Positions 34,048 to 47,661 of a DNA stretch of 64,000 nucleotides are shown here, in pieces. A program made the translations under genes and the position numbers. Where the stretch lies: positions 124,001 through 188,000 of the forward strand of contig JADIIX010000026.1 in NCBI GenBank assembly GCA_027604505.1, read 5' to 3'. Every line of letters begins with the position of its first letter. Within the stretch, counting starts at the first letter, position 1. The notes beneath the pieces were generated by a model. It was given only the letters and a program-made list of their open reading frames with translations, was not told where the DNA came from and searched no databases. Source of the DNA: Gonapodya sp. JEL0774. Its lineage: Eukaryota.

Positions 34048-36815
34048 TCATGCGCTCACAACCCTCGCCTGCAACCCCGTCGGTGACAGCGCTTCAACTA
34101 CGGCCGACCCGACCACCGCCTCGGTCGCTTCGACATCCTCGATGGCCCCTCCCTCGGGTTCTATGTTGAGGTTGAACTTGAAAAAGTTTGTAGGGTCGTA
34201 CTTTTTCTTGATGGCGCGGAGACGGGCGAGGTTGGATCCGTACACCTTTTCGGAGACCGAGGCCATGTGGGAGGCGGGAACGTCTTGCGAGTTGGGCGGG
34301 GGTCCAAACGAGAATTGTTTAAGGCGAGAGAGGGTCTGGTGGTTCATAGAGGGGTGGGGAGGGTTGGACGAGGAAAGTGGGTTGGAAGCGGGTTCGAAGG
34401 AAGGACCAATCATGATTCCAGTGAGATAAGTAGAGGTTGCGGAGAAACCCAATCATCACCAGCCTCTCCTACAGAAAACCCCGAAACTCCATCCTCTCGA
34501 ACCCACCTCATCCAACCACTTCCGATTCTCCACATCCTGCTCTTGCTCCTCCCACGTCGCGATCATGGTCACCTCGTACGATGCCTTCCTATGAATCCAC
34601 GCCGTGTCCTGCTCCGCAACCCTGGCCACCGCCCCGCCCAGCAACACGACGTCAATGACACTCCGTCTTGCGTCGGGAGGCAGGTGGAGGATAGCCTCGG
34701 CCAAAAAGGAGATGACCTCGACATTGAGGTGGGTCAAGTGTTCCCCACGGATGCCGTACCGGTACCCGGCTGCGGGAATATATTGGGTGGTGTTGCGTTG
34801 CTGTTGGATGTAGTCGCGGGTGCGGAGGGAGTTCATGATGGGGACGTAGGGGAGGGAGGACATGAACGGGTGGATGATCTGTTTGGCTTCGTCCTGGGAG
34901 AGGTTGAAGGTCATTCGAGAATATATGAGCGCCACCAAGTCATCAAGCTAACCCCGTTTGTCCCTTTTTGATCCCTTGCCCCACTCCAACCGTCCCTGCA
35001 CCCTCCCGTCCTTCCCCCCTACCGGTAACAACACGAATAACTCACCTCCGGCCCCACATAACAAAAGCTCAACATGACCAAAGGACTTCCATTCGTATCA
35101 CACCCCAACTTTGCCGAAGTGCTCAACTCGTCCCTGACGGCGACGCCCATGGCCTCACTCCACCGGCCCAGAATCATTTTGGCGGCCGAGACGGATTCCA
35201 TAGGGTACATGACCACACCCGAGTAGCAGGTGCGGAGTTTGTGAAGGCGGGAGACGATTGATGTGACGACGCCAAAGTTCGCACCACCCCCGCGGAGGGC
35301 CCAGAAGAGGTCTTCTCGGGGTAACGGGACGGAAAGGAGACAAAAGGAGCCGATCCAGCGGGAAGAGTGGTTCGTGCAGAGAGGGGTTGTTTGTTGGTGA
35401 CACGATCGGTGAACGAGGCCAAACAGGGGACAAACCGGAAGCCCCACGATCAAGCTGGTTATCTTAAACTCACCCTCGTTACGCCCCTCGCTCACCACCA
35501 CGACTCTCCCATCGGCCAGCACGACTTCCGCCTCGACGACATTATCCACGCTGAGTCCCCACTTTCTGCTCACGTATCCGAGCCCACCACCCAGCACACT
35601 GCCTACGCCTACGCCCTGGTAGGTGCCCAGAGGTGTTATGAAGCCGCGGCGGCAGGTGGCATCGTCGATGTCGGCGACCCGGGCGCCACCGTCGAAGCGG
35701 ACGACAGGCTGAGAAGTGGTGCGAACGAAGAGGGGAGATGTGAGTAGTTCGGATGGAACATGTAATCGCAATGACAACAATGGGTTAGGTGGGCCATGGG
35801 ATAACTCCATGGAAGGGCCACAAACGACGTCGCCCCGCTCGCGTGACATTCCCGCTCTGCGCACATTCTCAAACTCCCAGATTTACTCCACCACCAGTGA
35901 AAGCTCACTGCAAGTCAGTCCCAAATTCATTTTATTCGTTCCACCCTTGATGACATGGCCATCTTCAAATGGTCTTGCTCCCCGCGGTCGGTACTCACAC
36001 CCCCACCACCCTCCGTCACGACCCACACGCTGTTCAAACTTTTGCTCAGATCCAGCACGACCTGTCCGGCAACACCGTAACCCGTTGCACCGCCGGATTT
36101 GACCGACATTGTTAGTCCGTAGTGGCGGCAGATGAGGACCACTCTGGGGTGGTGCAAATGGGGTGAAGGGAGGGAGCATATGAGTGTTGTGTTGTTGTGG
36201 TGGTGAGAAGTAGCGGTAGAAGGGGGGAGGAAGGGGTACACAGGTGGGTGTACAGACAAAAACATCTCATTGCCGATATCTGCGCTCTTCCTCAGGTGAC
36301 GAGATTTCTGGTTTTCGCCCGGCCTGGTGATTTTCCCCTTCTTCCCCTGCCCCAATTCACTGCTTTCCAACTGACATCCCTACCACAAAGGGTCAGGAGC
36401 ACACCGCAACCTCACGAGCGCCGATTTTCATTGATTCAGCCTCTGACAAAGTCTTGATAGAAACCCACTTTGCGACATCCTCGGCATCGTATGGGCGCAC
36501 TACGACGACTGGTTTTGCCTGAATAGCGCCGTTGTAGACCAGAAGCGATTCATCGTACCTGTGTGGATGTCGAAGAGTGCGGCCGGTGAAAATCCCTCAC
36601 AAAGTCGCACGCCTGCGTGACACAGGCCGGCACAAAACCCCCCCAAAAAGAATCCCGAAAATAGATTGAGCGTACCCTTTAGTACCCGGTGGTAAGACCG
36701 CGCCCTTTATTTGAGACCTGAGCGCGGGCAGAATCGTCTCCTTGGCGAACGTGGAGAATCGGCGACCGTGCGACGCGAGTGACATGGCTGGAGGTGGGGA
36801 CGCGGCGGTCGACAT
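34048..36815 (-). CDS. FAD-binding berberine-bridge-enzyme-like oxidoreductase, multi-exon
   Basis: LVYNGAIQAKPVVVVRP, LGGGLGYVSRKWGLSVDNVVEAEVVLADG, DLFWALRGGGANFGVVT, VYGSNLARLRAIKKKYDPTNFF. Confidence 0.92.
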
Positions 36816-39800
36816 ATTGTGGAGCTGCGTCCGAGATTGCGTGGAGTTCGCGATTCGTTTCAAAGCGAATTAGTGGGGAAACGAACGGGGGTCGCTGGAG
36901 AATATGTGCGAGGGAATACAACCGCGTACCGGGTACAGTTGAACCAACGTTGGACCAATGTTGAACTGATGTTGAACTAATGCTGAATCAGTTGTGCCGC
37001 TCTCGCTGTTTTATCGCGCTGTAATCGGCGCTTTGTGTTTGGGTTTGGCCCTTGGGTGGGGGACTTCCCGCACACCGGCAACACCGACCAACCCTCGAAC
37101 ACGTGTTCAGATATGTTCGTGACTCATCACCTTCTTTCGAGCTCACACATGAATTCTAGGCCAAATAAAAGATCTATTCCGTTCTTTCGCGGTTCATACC
37201 ACGTTGTGTCTTCCTGCAGGCAGAGTATGGTCCCAAGTCTACCATGTATATATGTAGTTTCTTCATATCCAAGCTCCCTGTGCCAAGGCGATTGGGTATA
37301 GCATTCGATTATTGCAATAAAAGTTAGTACGTATTGTCGTACATGTGCATTAGTTAGTCCTACTCCCTCAGACTTGTGTTTGGGGACGTTTCTCTGCGAA
37401 GCACTACATTTACAACAACAACAAAATAGAAGTCGGCAGGTTTGAAAGCAGCGACAGTTCGCTCACTTGAAATTTTTTATGTCTCTGGATCCTCTCAGAA
37501 GGCGACGACATTGGATTGCCTGATGACCGCGTGTGCTCTCAGCTCCTATCGTCCCCGAATTGCAATCGCCATGTGTCTCTCCCCGTGCCCAGAAACCCAA
37601 CCTCTACGCTTGTAGACACCGGTGTGTATCAGACACTCTTTTCAACGTAGGTAGCGCACCCCGGTGCAGTCTGAGGAAACTGAAACAGCCAGAACGAATG
37701 GCTCAACAACGATTAAACAACTGTTCTGCGCAAAACGGTTGTCATCGAAGCACAAAGCACAAAGCAAATCAAGTACTATCTCGGTTTCCTAATCGCTGGA
37801 TGGAAAGACACGTACTGGTTCAATGTACGTATATGTGAGTCATGACGTGGATGTTGGAGGACACGAATAGTCTCTCCAACCAGTTCCAAGCCAGGTAGTT
37901 CGTGTTTCACTTCCTTTTGTCTCTTGCTTGGTTGTATGGGGAGGCATATTCGAATCGGTTACAATGATCGAAGCCTTCATTTGGCCGAACAGTGCTAGAG
38001 TACATCTAGAACTCGACAGATCCAAAAATTTCTTTGAAGCTCTACACTGAGTGTGAAGATTTCATGATAAACAGAAAGGATGAACCCAGGAACGTGTGTG
38101 CAATTCGAAGAACGCGCATTAGACGGATTCCGCATGTGGGACCGGTGGCCGAGAACACTTCATCGGATTACTGTAATAGCGTCAACTTCCATGCTCCTGT
38201 CGAGTGTCACCATCGTGCATCAGCTGCTTGCAGATTTGAGGGGCAGTGTCCCAAAATTAGTGGGGTAGTTTTGCCCTCCTGGCCTGGTGTACCTTTTCCA
38301 GGACGCTTGACAACTTCCACACTCGTCAGAGCAGAGATTGAAAGGCGTATTGCAATTCAAATCGAGATGAATGCACGATGGGGCGTCCGATTTTGAGAGC
38401 TGACCTATGTTTCCGATCCAAAGCAAGGAATCGGGAGACGTCAGCACGACAAGCCGACGGCGATAGAATAGACGACTGATGACACGGATGCCGACCAATG
38501 ATGATTCATCGGGCCAGAAAACATGAGAGAATAGAAGATCCATCCATGATGCAAATGGGGGGTTCTTTTTGACGCGATTGTAGAGGCGTTTGAACAAAAA
38601 AAGCGGAACAACAGGCATCCGGCCTCCATTCGCGCAGAGAGAAGTCCGCAGGGGCATTCCAATGGGAAAACCATTCTCATATAGCGGAGTGATTGAATTT
38701 TGCATTGTCCGCTGCCCTGTTCAGTGGATAAACACGGCCGGCCTGGCTGTTGATGTCGCTGCTGGTGGGTCGCGACGGCACGACCGGCCAATTTACGACC
38801 TGAACAGTGAAAAGAAACTTAGAGATGACCAGCATCCAGCATCCTCGTGCAAGAAAGGCTGAGTACGTCAAGATTTGGAATTGGCAGGTGGCCCTGACAT
38901 GAGATGGATTCCCATTGCGCAACCTAAATTCCATTGCTGCTGCCTCCCATCACTCTTGACTGATATGTAGATCGTTTACATGAAGACGTGTACCATCTAC
39001 GTAGAGATAGTTGACCTCTCCAACATCGCTGTATCCGACCCACGACTCGGAGTTTCAAACGTCAAACGGTCCATCATGCCCCGCAGAGCTACTCAATCGG
39101 AATCTCCTCTCAATGAAAATGAATGCTTCCATCGTGCACGGCTGGTCGCTGTGGGATTCTCCATATTAATCTAGGTGTGGAGGAACGATTTGCCTCAAGG
39201 TATAGGTGCTTCCTTTTTTTGGGGGACGGCGGGACCCACCTGGACTCATCAAAAAGTGTTCAAAAGCGAAACCACTGGAGTATTTGTGTAATTCTGTGGC
39301 AGAAATGGGCGCTCACGATAGAAGCCAAAAAGAGACAAGGGTCTTGGACGGACCGACGTGGCTGAAACTTAATCGGAAACGGTCTGATACAAAACTCTGA
39401 TGACACACAGTCCATACGACACTAGGTTACATCAGAGCTTCTTTGTGCATTGAATAATTTTTATGATGACCATGATTCATGGAGGGAATCTCCGGTAGGG
39501 TTTGAGGACATCACATCAAACAATTCGAGGAAAGCAACCCCCACCATGAGACCTAGTTGCTCACTGATTATGTACTTTGGCAGAGTTAAAGGCACCATCG
39601 TTCTTCGGATTGAATAGAACCGACAACATATCAGCAGAAAGGAAGAAATTGTGGGGCACAAAGTCGGTAAAAATAGATTGATGTATGTAGCACAGGTGGC
39701 AGAAACCAACGCAAACGAGCAATTACTGCATATGCATCCACAAATATATCTTTTTAAAGGTGTATTGCGTATTGTTGTTCTCCTGTTTACACCTCAGGTG

Positions 39801-40076
39801 AATCAACAATATCTGCGTCCCAAAATTCCAACGGCGTAAGGCTCTTGTGCCTTTTGACTTGTTGCTCCCGACAAAGAACTCACAGACGCTGGCAGAATCC
39901 GCCTGGTCTCATCGGCCACTTGCCGAGCACGTTCCCCCTTCGACTCACAGACATCCTTTCGCCAGTCTTCAAAGGACCAGTGTCACTCGCTGGTCCCCCA
40001 AAAGGATCACCCTCCAACCGGTGATCTTTTCGGAGTGGCAGCAGCACTGTCAGGAGCGCAGCTTCCGATTTAGCTC

Positions 40077-42162
40077 ATGGATCCGGGATCAGAGTCGATG
40101 GCTGATGATGCGCAACCTGCGGGAGACTCAGAGCGGGATCCGGACAGGAGCTTGGACAGGCGCTTGCATCCGGAACAGGACGCCGTCCCTCGCCGCGAGG
40201 CTCCATCTTCGTGAGTATCTGGGTGTCCTGTGTGTTTTGGTTTCGAATCTGGGACTAGTTGGGGCGTGGCAGTCGGCAGCAAGTCCCCTTTTGGTGCAGA
40301 ATTACGATACCTGACCTGACCCCTTATCCCCTTTTACCGACCTAAACCCCACTCGTGAACATGGCTATCTAATTATACATAGGTTTACTGCAGCATCAAC
40401 GGTGTCGCTTGCAACCGACGCTGACACCCCAATGCAGGGTACCTCCACCTCAACCTATGTGGGTCAGTCAGGTGGGGAACATCGGCACGTTTCAGCAGTC
40501 GGAGGGACGGCTGCACCTTTCGATAGGCAATCGGCTGCGTATGATCCAGCAACCGTGCGTCAACAGGTTTATGTCACCGAAGAAACTGTCCGAAACGAGG
40601 TCGCACCACAACTTCCGCAAACGTCCAGTGCGGTTATGCACCCGCCATCGTACGGTCTTCCACCTGCTGATGTTTTTGCTCCGAGCTACCACTGGCCGCA
40701 AGTACCGATGCCATACTCGGCGTATCCTTATCCAACAACTCCACAGCCCATGTGGTACCCTTCGCCCGCGTACCCTTCATTCCAGGGACCACACCCACCT
40801 CCTTCCATGCTCTATCCGGGGTACGGATATCATCCACAACCCTATGTCCCTCCCGTGCCGGGTTACGCAGGGATGTGGAACTTCGGAGGACCGGCGCGAG
40901 TGGACAGTGCACCTCCTTTCCAGCCCACTGGCGATCGAAGGTTGTCAGGGAACCCCACGCACCTTTCCCAAACTGATCAAAACAGTGCGTTGCGGGGTGC
41001 AACCTATACGCTGACGGGGATGCCACCCTACTCAGCGGCACCTGGTCACTCAGCACCACTCCAACCTCGAGATACGAACTTTGGTGCGCCCCCTTCTCCA
41101 CGAGCAAATCCACTCCAATTTTTCCACCCAGAGCGATCTCGGCAATCAGTCTCTAATACTTCGGATCCAGGTGACGGTTCAGGTTCACCAAATGTGCCCC
41201 GTGGTCGGCCCCTTGGTAGCCTGGCACAGCGATTGCAGGGACCCCAAATGACAGTGGCTGGAGAAGCACTACTCGATGGCTACGAAGCACCCGCTCAAGA
41301 AAGAAAGCACAGGCCATCGCGGACTGCAACGTACGAAAGGGACTCAGCCGGCAATAAGATCTTCAAATGTGAGCCACCAAACTTTCCAGAATAACACGCG
41401 CATTTCAAAAGAGACTAAATTTTGGGGTTGAAAAATGCTCAAAGGCGGCTGGCCCGATTGCAATCGCACCTTCAATACGTCTGGCCATTTGTCTAGGCAC
41501 AGGAGAGTACACATGAATCTCCGACCTTATGCATGCCCTATTCCTTCCTGCGACGCTACTTTCACGAGGATTGATAACATGCGGAGGTGAGTAACTTAGC
41601 ACTTTGACTGCTCCAGCATCGTGGATCTAAAGTTCGTACCTAATGGGACACATTTGCAATCCACAGCCACGCGAGAACCCACGCGAAACGTCTGGGTATC
41701 CCAGTTCCACCCGACTTACCCCGAAACATGACACCTCGATCCGCGGTGAATTTCCCAGGTTACCTCCCAGACCCTGCCGCCACCTCTTCCTACCACGATC
41801 AACCTGGTGGTGGCGAGCCTCGGGCGGAAGCCTCATTTGAATTCTCCGAGCCTCCTTCACGCTCAATGTCTCTCCAGAGCCTGGACACGGACAGCAGGTC
41901 AGATTCCCCAGCGGCGACCGGTCCTTCCGAGCCCGCAGTTCCGGAAAACGTTCCGTCGGAAACTAGGGCCACCACAGATCAACCGCGGACAACACTAGCG
42001 AGATCCGCCACAGCGCCTGCAGACTTGCCGTCCTTGCCCCTTCGGAGGAGTGCGAGGCCGCGATCCGCTGTTGTAATGGAAGAGAGTGATGATGAGGAGG
42101 ATGATGATGACGACGAACCTTACGGTGGGAGGAGTTCTCGACGCAGACGGGGTCGTCGGTGA
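40077..42162 (+). CDS. Two-finger C2H2 transcription factor, Nrg1-like
   Basis: Spliced FKC/GWPDCNRTFNTSGHLSRHRRVHMNLRPYACPIPSCDATFTRIDNMRS/HARTH; Pro/Tyr-rich N-terminal region. Confidence 0.85.
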
Positions 42163-42512
42163 ATGTGGGAGGAATGCAATGAGCGCCACTGTACAAAAGG
42201 AAATCTCCCCGGCGCTCTTTGTTGTGAGATATACTCTCTTTCGTCTAATATTTGCACAAACAATCACGGAACCACGGAACATCACGTAGATTGCACGTAG
42301 GCACAACAGCCATCAAGTTACACACCCTTCAAATTGCTATAGCCACTTATAGGTCAATCAAAATGGCCAATTCTTGCTAAATATAGTTCTCTATCAATGT
42401 ATCAGGTTCTCGCGAATACCTTGGGAAACGATATCCTTTTCTTGTACGAAAACTCGTTTAAATTTCTCGTTATCACCAGGTGCTCAAAATTTGCTCTCAG
42501 TTAAGCAATTAT

Positions 42513-43723
42513 TTAACATGTCATGGTCTCGTTATCGGGCACCCCGGATTTCTTGCCTGGTCGCGCAACAATCCACCACGTTGTGCCCAGATGCCATCTC
42601 CCCATTTCCACCACCTCTATCCCACTTTTCTCCAGTATGGATGCTATATCCCTGTTGTACCAACATCCCCATTTGTCTGCGTGGCTTACAGCAGACTTGT
42701 CCAATACTTCGTCCAGCCATTTGTAGTGCGACCGCCCGTGTTCAAGAAGAAGTATAGTGCCGGTGGGCTTGCATACACGCTGAAGCTCCTCAAGCGCTTT
42801 CACTGGGTCTGCGTGCGAGCAGATGCCAAAAGTCTGGACAACGGTGTCAAAGGAAGCAGATGGGGCAGGTAAGTTGGTCGCTGAAGCCCGAGCGAAGCGA
42901 ACAGGCAAAGGTAGTGGGGTTGATGGATCCTTGATGTTGGGCTCAGTGGAGGTGTACCGGGAAGCAGCTCCCGAGGAGGTAAATTTCGATTGAGCAACGC
43001 GCAGCATGGGCACAGAAGCGTCAGTGACGGTGAGCGACCGGAGAGTGGTACGAGGATAATATGGCAGGTTGCGCCCAGTGCCGGATGAGACTTCAAGAGT
43101 GTCACCCTTGGGTGAAGGAGGTTGGTGCGAAGCAAATCGCAGTGAGCTGCTTCGAATGCGTCTCGGAGTTGCTCCAGAGCTGCTTCCATGCGGTCGACCA
43201 GCAAGATGGAATTCTCACCTTGGCTTTGCCCATTAGCCACCATCGGAGGAGTTTCATTCCCATCAAGTTCTCATCCCAGCTTTGTCACCATCACGTTAGC
43301 CGAAACCGTCAATCATCAAGCAAAGCTCAAAAGCTCCATGGGAACATCCACTCACTCGATCTCTTTATCGTACTGCTCAGCGATCTCGTCAAAAACTCGT
43401 GCCTTATCCTCCTGCCACTCCAGTTTCTCCACACCCTCTGGTCTCGCAATTCTCGTCATTCGATAGTAAACGAACGTGGCATATGTTGCGCCTGCATAAG
43501 CCATGAGGCCAGCAAATAGCATGGGTAGGCGGTGACGGGTGATAAACCCCGATGGTGCCGATGGTGGCGACCCATGGGAACTAAAGCGAGCTGCAGAGAG
43601 TGACAAGAACCGCGAGCGGGGCAGAGAACGGTGGAAATTAATCGATATTGGTGCATCGGTGCGATAGCGCGCAAACAGGCACCTCCATCGGCGTGTGGTG
43701 GTCGCTGATGGAATACTTGACAT
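42513..43723 (-). CDS. OMS1-like mitochondrial SAM-dependent methyltransferase
   Basis: Arg-rich presequence, TM helix, VFDEIAEQYDKEI, FDTVVQTFGICSHADPVKAL, ILLLEHGRSHY, KWGCWYNRDI, RWHLGTTWW. Confidence 0.87.
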
Positions 43724-44119
43724 GTGCAAACCGAGTGGCAAGTAGTACAGCACTCTTTGCACAGAGTTGAAAGGCAAACCACGAGAATAGAACCCTGGTG
43801 GCTACTCCTTCTAATGGTGGTATTGGCTATACTTATTTATCCATTCCAAAGTGACAGTTGCCGCCTGTGTCGCTTGAAAGCACGAGGTTGTCCCACGCGG
43901 TATTCGGCCGGTAGTTTTATGAAATCACGTCTTCAAACCTCCAATTCCGCAATTCGACTTGCCAGAACCTTCCTTTCTGTTTTGGAAGGCTCATAGGATG
44001 TAAGAATGTATGACCAAATACTAAATACTGGAGGTTGAAGATATGTGAAGCACCGCCCCAGTCTGCAACCTCAGCCATTCCCAACAATTTTTCAACACAG
44101 CCCCTGTTGAACATCAATC

Positions 44120-45628
44120 ATGGCAGCAACACGGCCCTTGCTCGGTGACCGTGCAATGGAGATGGATGCGTCGAGACCGCAAGGACGGCCCGAGTCGGAC
44201 GCGGAGTTTCTCGAAAAAGTGAGTCTCCCAGTCTAGTCGCTACCATTTCCACCCATTGCACCGATTTTGACATAATCTCAATCCCCGATTGAATCGATCC
44301 ATTGCTTTCATTCTCCTCGATGTGTTGTGGTGGGAACGCCAATGCTGCCTGCGGCTGTGGTAATAAGATTGAGTCTCTGAAGCAAGCTCTGTCAGAAGTT
44401 CAGGCAAACACCCGGAGTTTAGAGCGATTGCACAGTGCAGCATTGTTGAACATAAATGATGTTGAAAATGCGGGTGAGTTTTATTGGGTTGTAGACGGCT
44501 CATGAAGATGAGCACGGGTCTCAGCTTTCCTGGTTTGCATGGTTATTAAATTGAACACCGTTCCTCTTCCCTCTTTCGTTTCCTATCAGCCAATCAACGT
44601 GCGCTTGATGCTTGCGTTGATCGTACTGACTCTGCTCTTCAGTGGTGCCGTAACCAACTCAAAGGTATTATCCTTCGCCATCAAATTCCTCAGACATCTT
44701 GCGGTTTCATCAACTAAATCTCACGCGAAGCCCTGAATGCATCAAAATCCAATTTCCCCGCGGGTAGTCCCGCCTACTCACTCCGGACGAATCAGATTGC
44801 AACGTGCACGAGGAGCTTGAAGGAAGCTGTGACGGCGTACAGAGAGGTGCAGGAGAGATACAAGGCAAGATACTTGGAAAAGGCGGAGAGGCAATTTAGG
44901 ATTGGTGAGTTGAATGTCCGTTATCTTCGCCAACCGCCACTACTCAACTGATTTGGTTCTGGACTTATCCCTGTCCGACCATGTTCACTTATTCTCCAAG
45001 TTCGGCCAAACGCCTCCGAGTCCGAAATCCGCGCTGCACTCGACTCAGCCCGAAATCGGCCAGGTGCCCTCTCCGCCTTTACACAGGACCTGGTGTCCAA
45101 CGGAGCTGTGGAAGCACGGAGGGCGATGGACGAGGCAGTGGAAAGATATAGCGAAGTGGGGAAGCTGGAGAGGAGTATTGCTGTGGGTTGAGTGGTTAAT
45201 TTTACTTTTCCGCAACTGCTTCAATTCGTGGTGAAATCTTTCGCGCAAAAAGGACCTCGCTCAACTCTTCCAAGACCTGAACCTCCTCCTCGAAGCCCAG
45301 GATGCTCGCATCACCGCTGCGGAGTACAACGTCGACGAAACTGTCACCTTGCTCGAGGAAGGAAACAAAGAAGTGCTGACCGCAAAAGGGCTTCGAATCA
45401 ACACGAGAAAGGTGAGTGTAAATAACTCTGACCAGCGCGCGACGCTTGTGTTCGACTTGAACTTGCAAACGTCATTCTCACCTACCGTATCTCACATCCG
45501 CATCACTCCGTTCGTTTTCACAAATGCCCAAATTCGCACTCCAGAATATGTGGATCATCACTGGCATTTGTGCAGTCATTCTGATCGTTATCATCATCAT
45601 TCTCATTATTCAGTTCAGGCCCAAATGA
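44120..45628 (+). CDS. Syntaxin (Sso1/2-like Qa-SNARE), multi-exon
   Basis: Habc helices, KAERQFRI/VRPNASESEI, SNARE motif KLERSIA/DLAQLFQDLNLLLEAQD, C-terminal TM MWIITGICAVILIVIIIILII. Confidence 0.9.
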
Positions 45629-45791
45629 GTGCCGAATGGGGTCTGGAAAAGGTCGAGTGGACGTGGACGTGGAAGAATTGGGGAGAGTCGCAGGTCGGCG
45701 TAGAGTCTGGATGGATGTTCAGGAACGTTGCCATCGCTTCATTTGAATTGGTGTGATTTTCTAAGAGTTCCATTAATCATATTACGGTCTT

Positions 45792-46585
45792 TCAAAGTGT
45801 GCTCGATTTACGAGTATAAATTGCATCCAAAGTGTAGTCTTTTGCAGGTCCCCGAACAGTGCATGTCAATCGCCATCGCAGTAATTGTCCGCCAGAGACT
45901 TGAAACTCATACTCAGTCTTATACATATCGCGAACACAGAGGTGACTCCCGTTCCCGGTCGAAGTTGTACCATCACTCCCGTGATTTTGTTCCTGTGAGG
46001 GCTCCAGGAATACGTCGTGGTACAGGTAGTCCGCCTCCGTCGGCTTATTAGGTCGCACGAACCACACGCTCATGCGGTCCACTTCGTTGTTGTAACGCCA
46101 GATGTAGCGTTGTGTTGCCCGAAGTGTGATACCGGAAAAAGTGAAATCGCCCTCCTCAACGTAGAGGTACTCTACGCGAGACGTACTGAGAGATTTAGTG
46201 ACAGCAACGCCATCATTGTGAACAGGGGAAATGGATCCGTTCGTTCTGTGTTCGGCCAGATGGGGTCTTGCACTTGAGTCGGGTCGAGGTATGAAACGTG
46301 CTGTCCCAACAAACCGACCACTGGGCTGCAAAGAATTTCGTGACTCGACACGTCGCTCGAGAGACCACTCGCCAGTTAAGGAGTGAAATACCGATGATGC
46401 AGTTGAGGAGGGAATCGCCTTTTCTTCTATTTTGTGGCGGGAAATGGATTAACTCACAAAATCGATAAGCTGTTATACAAAAGAAAGTCGAACTCAAGGG
46501 TTCTTTCGAAGTGGCAAGGTGGGGCGAGACAATCACTTGCGAGAGAACATCACTGAAACAGACCTTCAATCCTCCACGATGCCAT
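45792..46585 (-). CDS. DUF6314-family protein
   Basis: FHSLTGEWSLERRV, GRFVGTARF, YLYVEEG, QRYIWRY, SVWFV, HLCVRDMY, VRGPAKDY..YTR. The 5' end is uncertain. Confidence 0.75.
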
Positions 46586-47661
46586 CCGTGCAGCGGTATG
46601 CGTATTTTTTAATAAAGCGCGAAGATTTTCAAGATTGCAACGTGGGGGGCGGTTGGAGTGGATGGATTTACTCCGCGAAATGCAATGAACGAGTGATCTG
46701 AACAGAGCGATAAGCGACAAGCGGTTACTGAGAGCTCTAATGATCAACATCACCAGCAGCTGGCAATACATTCGGCCTATGAGCATCCACGTGTCCGCTT
46801 TGGTGAAGCAGTAGTGTGTGGTCCATTCAGTTCATTCCGCTGTTGTGCTCCAACAATGCGGATACCTGATACATCGAAATCTTGCAAACTCGCCTCCAAC
46901 GAAAGCTGCAGAAAGAACAATTAGGCAAAAAGAAAATTAGAAGTGAAGGGGAATGAAGTTCCATTCACAATGGAACAATGAGTACAAGCATCGATATAAA
47001 TACCATTGATTTACTTGAAAACGGTCAGTTACATAGACTCCTATACATGATGCATTCGGAGCGTTTTTGCAACTGCTTGATTTAAGGATATCACATGGAA
47101 ATTATAGACTGATAATCAACTGCCACCCATCTCGACACTAGGCCACAAAGCCTGCCCGACGACAGTGTCCATCGGCGAGTGGAGACGCAATTGCAGTGAT
47201 TAATCTATAAAGTTGCCAAGATTCGACGTATTCTTGGGAGTCTTTGGAACGGGAACCAGAAAAGGAGGGCTCGAAAGCAACAGCAGCAACTTTAAGTTGA
47301 ATGAGACCTGCAAGGAGGACATCACTCTTCGAAAACACTTTTACGAAGCTGCCCTTGTAGTAGCAGCGTCAATCCGAGGAAGGCGAGTCCGTCGGTGATT
47401 AATCGATGCGACTGGGACGCTTGCTCCGTGTCCTGATCATGTGATTCCGCGCACAACTTAAATTTTCGGCAGATCCATACGCAAAGTCAGGAAGTATTTG
47501 ATCTGGATTCGAAATTAGTACCTTGTGATTGTCGGTCACTGGGGCGAATCAACCCCATACTTGGGGTTGTGAAGCAGACAAATCCGATCAAGTCGTGGAG
47601 TAGGCTTGACATTTGCAACGTTTCACTACGAACGTGGCTTTCAAGCAGCCCTATCCAACTT

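Noticed and set aside
37300..39850. Gene-poor stretch that might be a decayed transposon
   Set aside because: No transposase, RT or integrase motif, terminal repeat or target-site duplication was recognisable by eye; it needs a repeat-library search.
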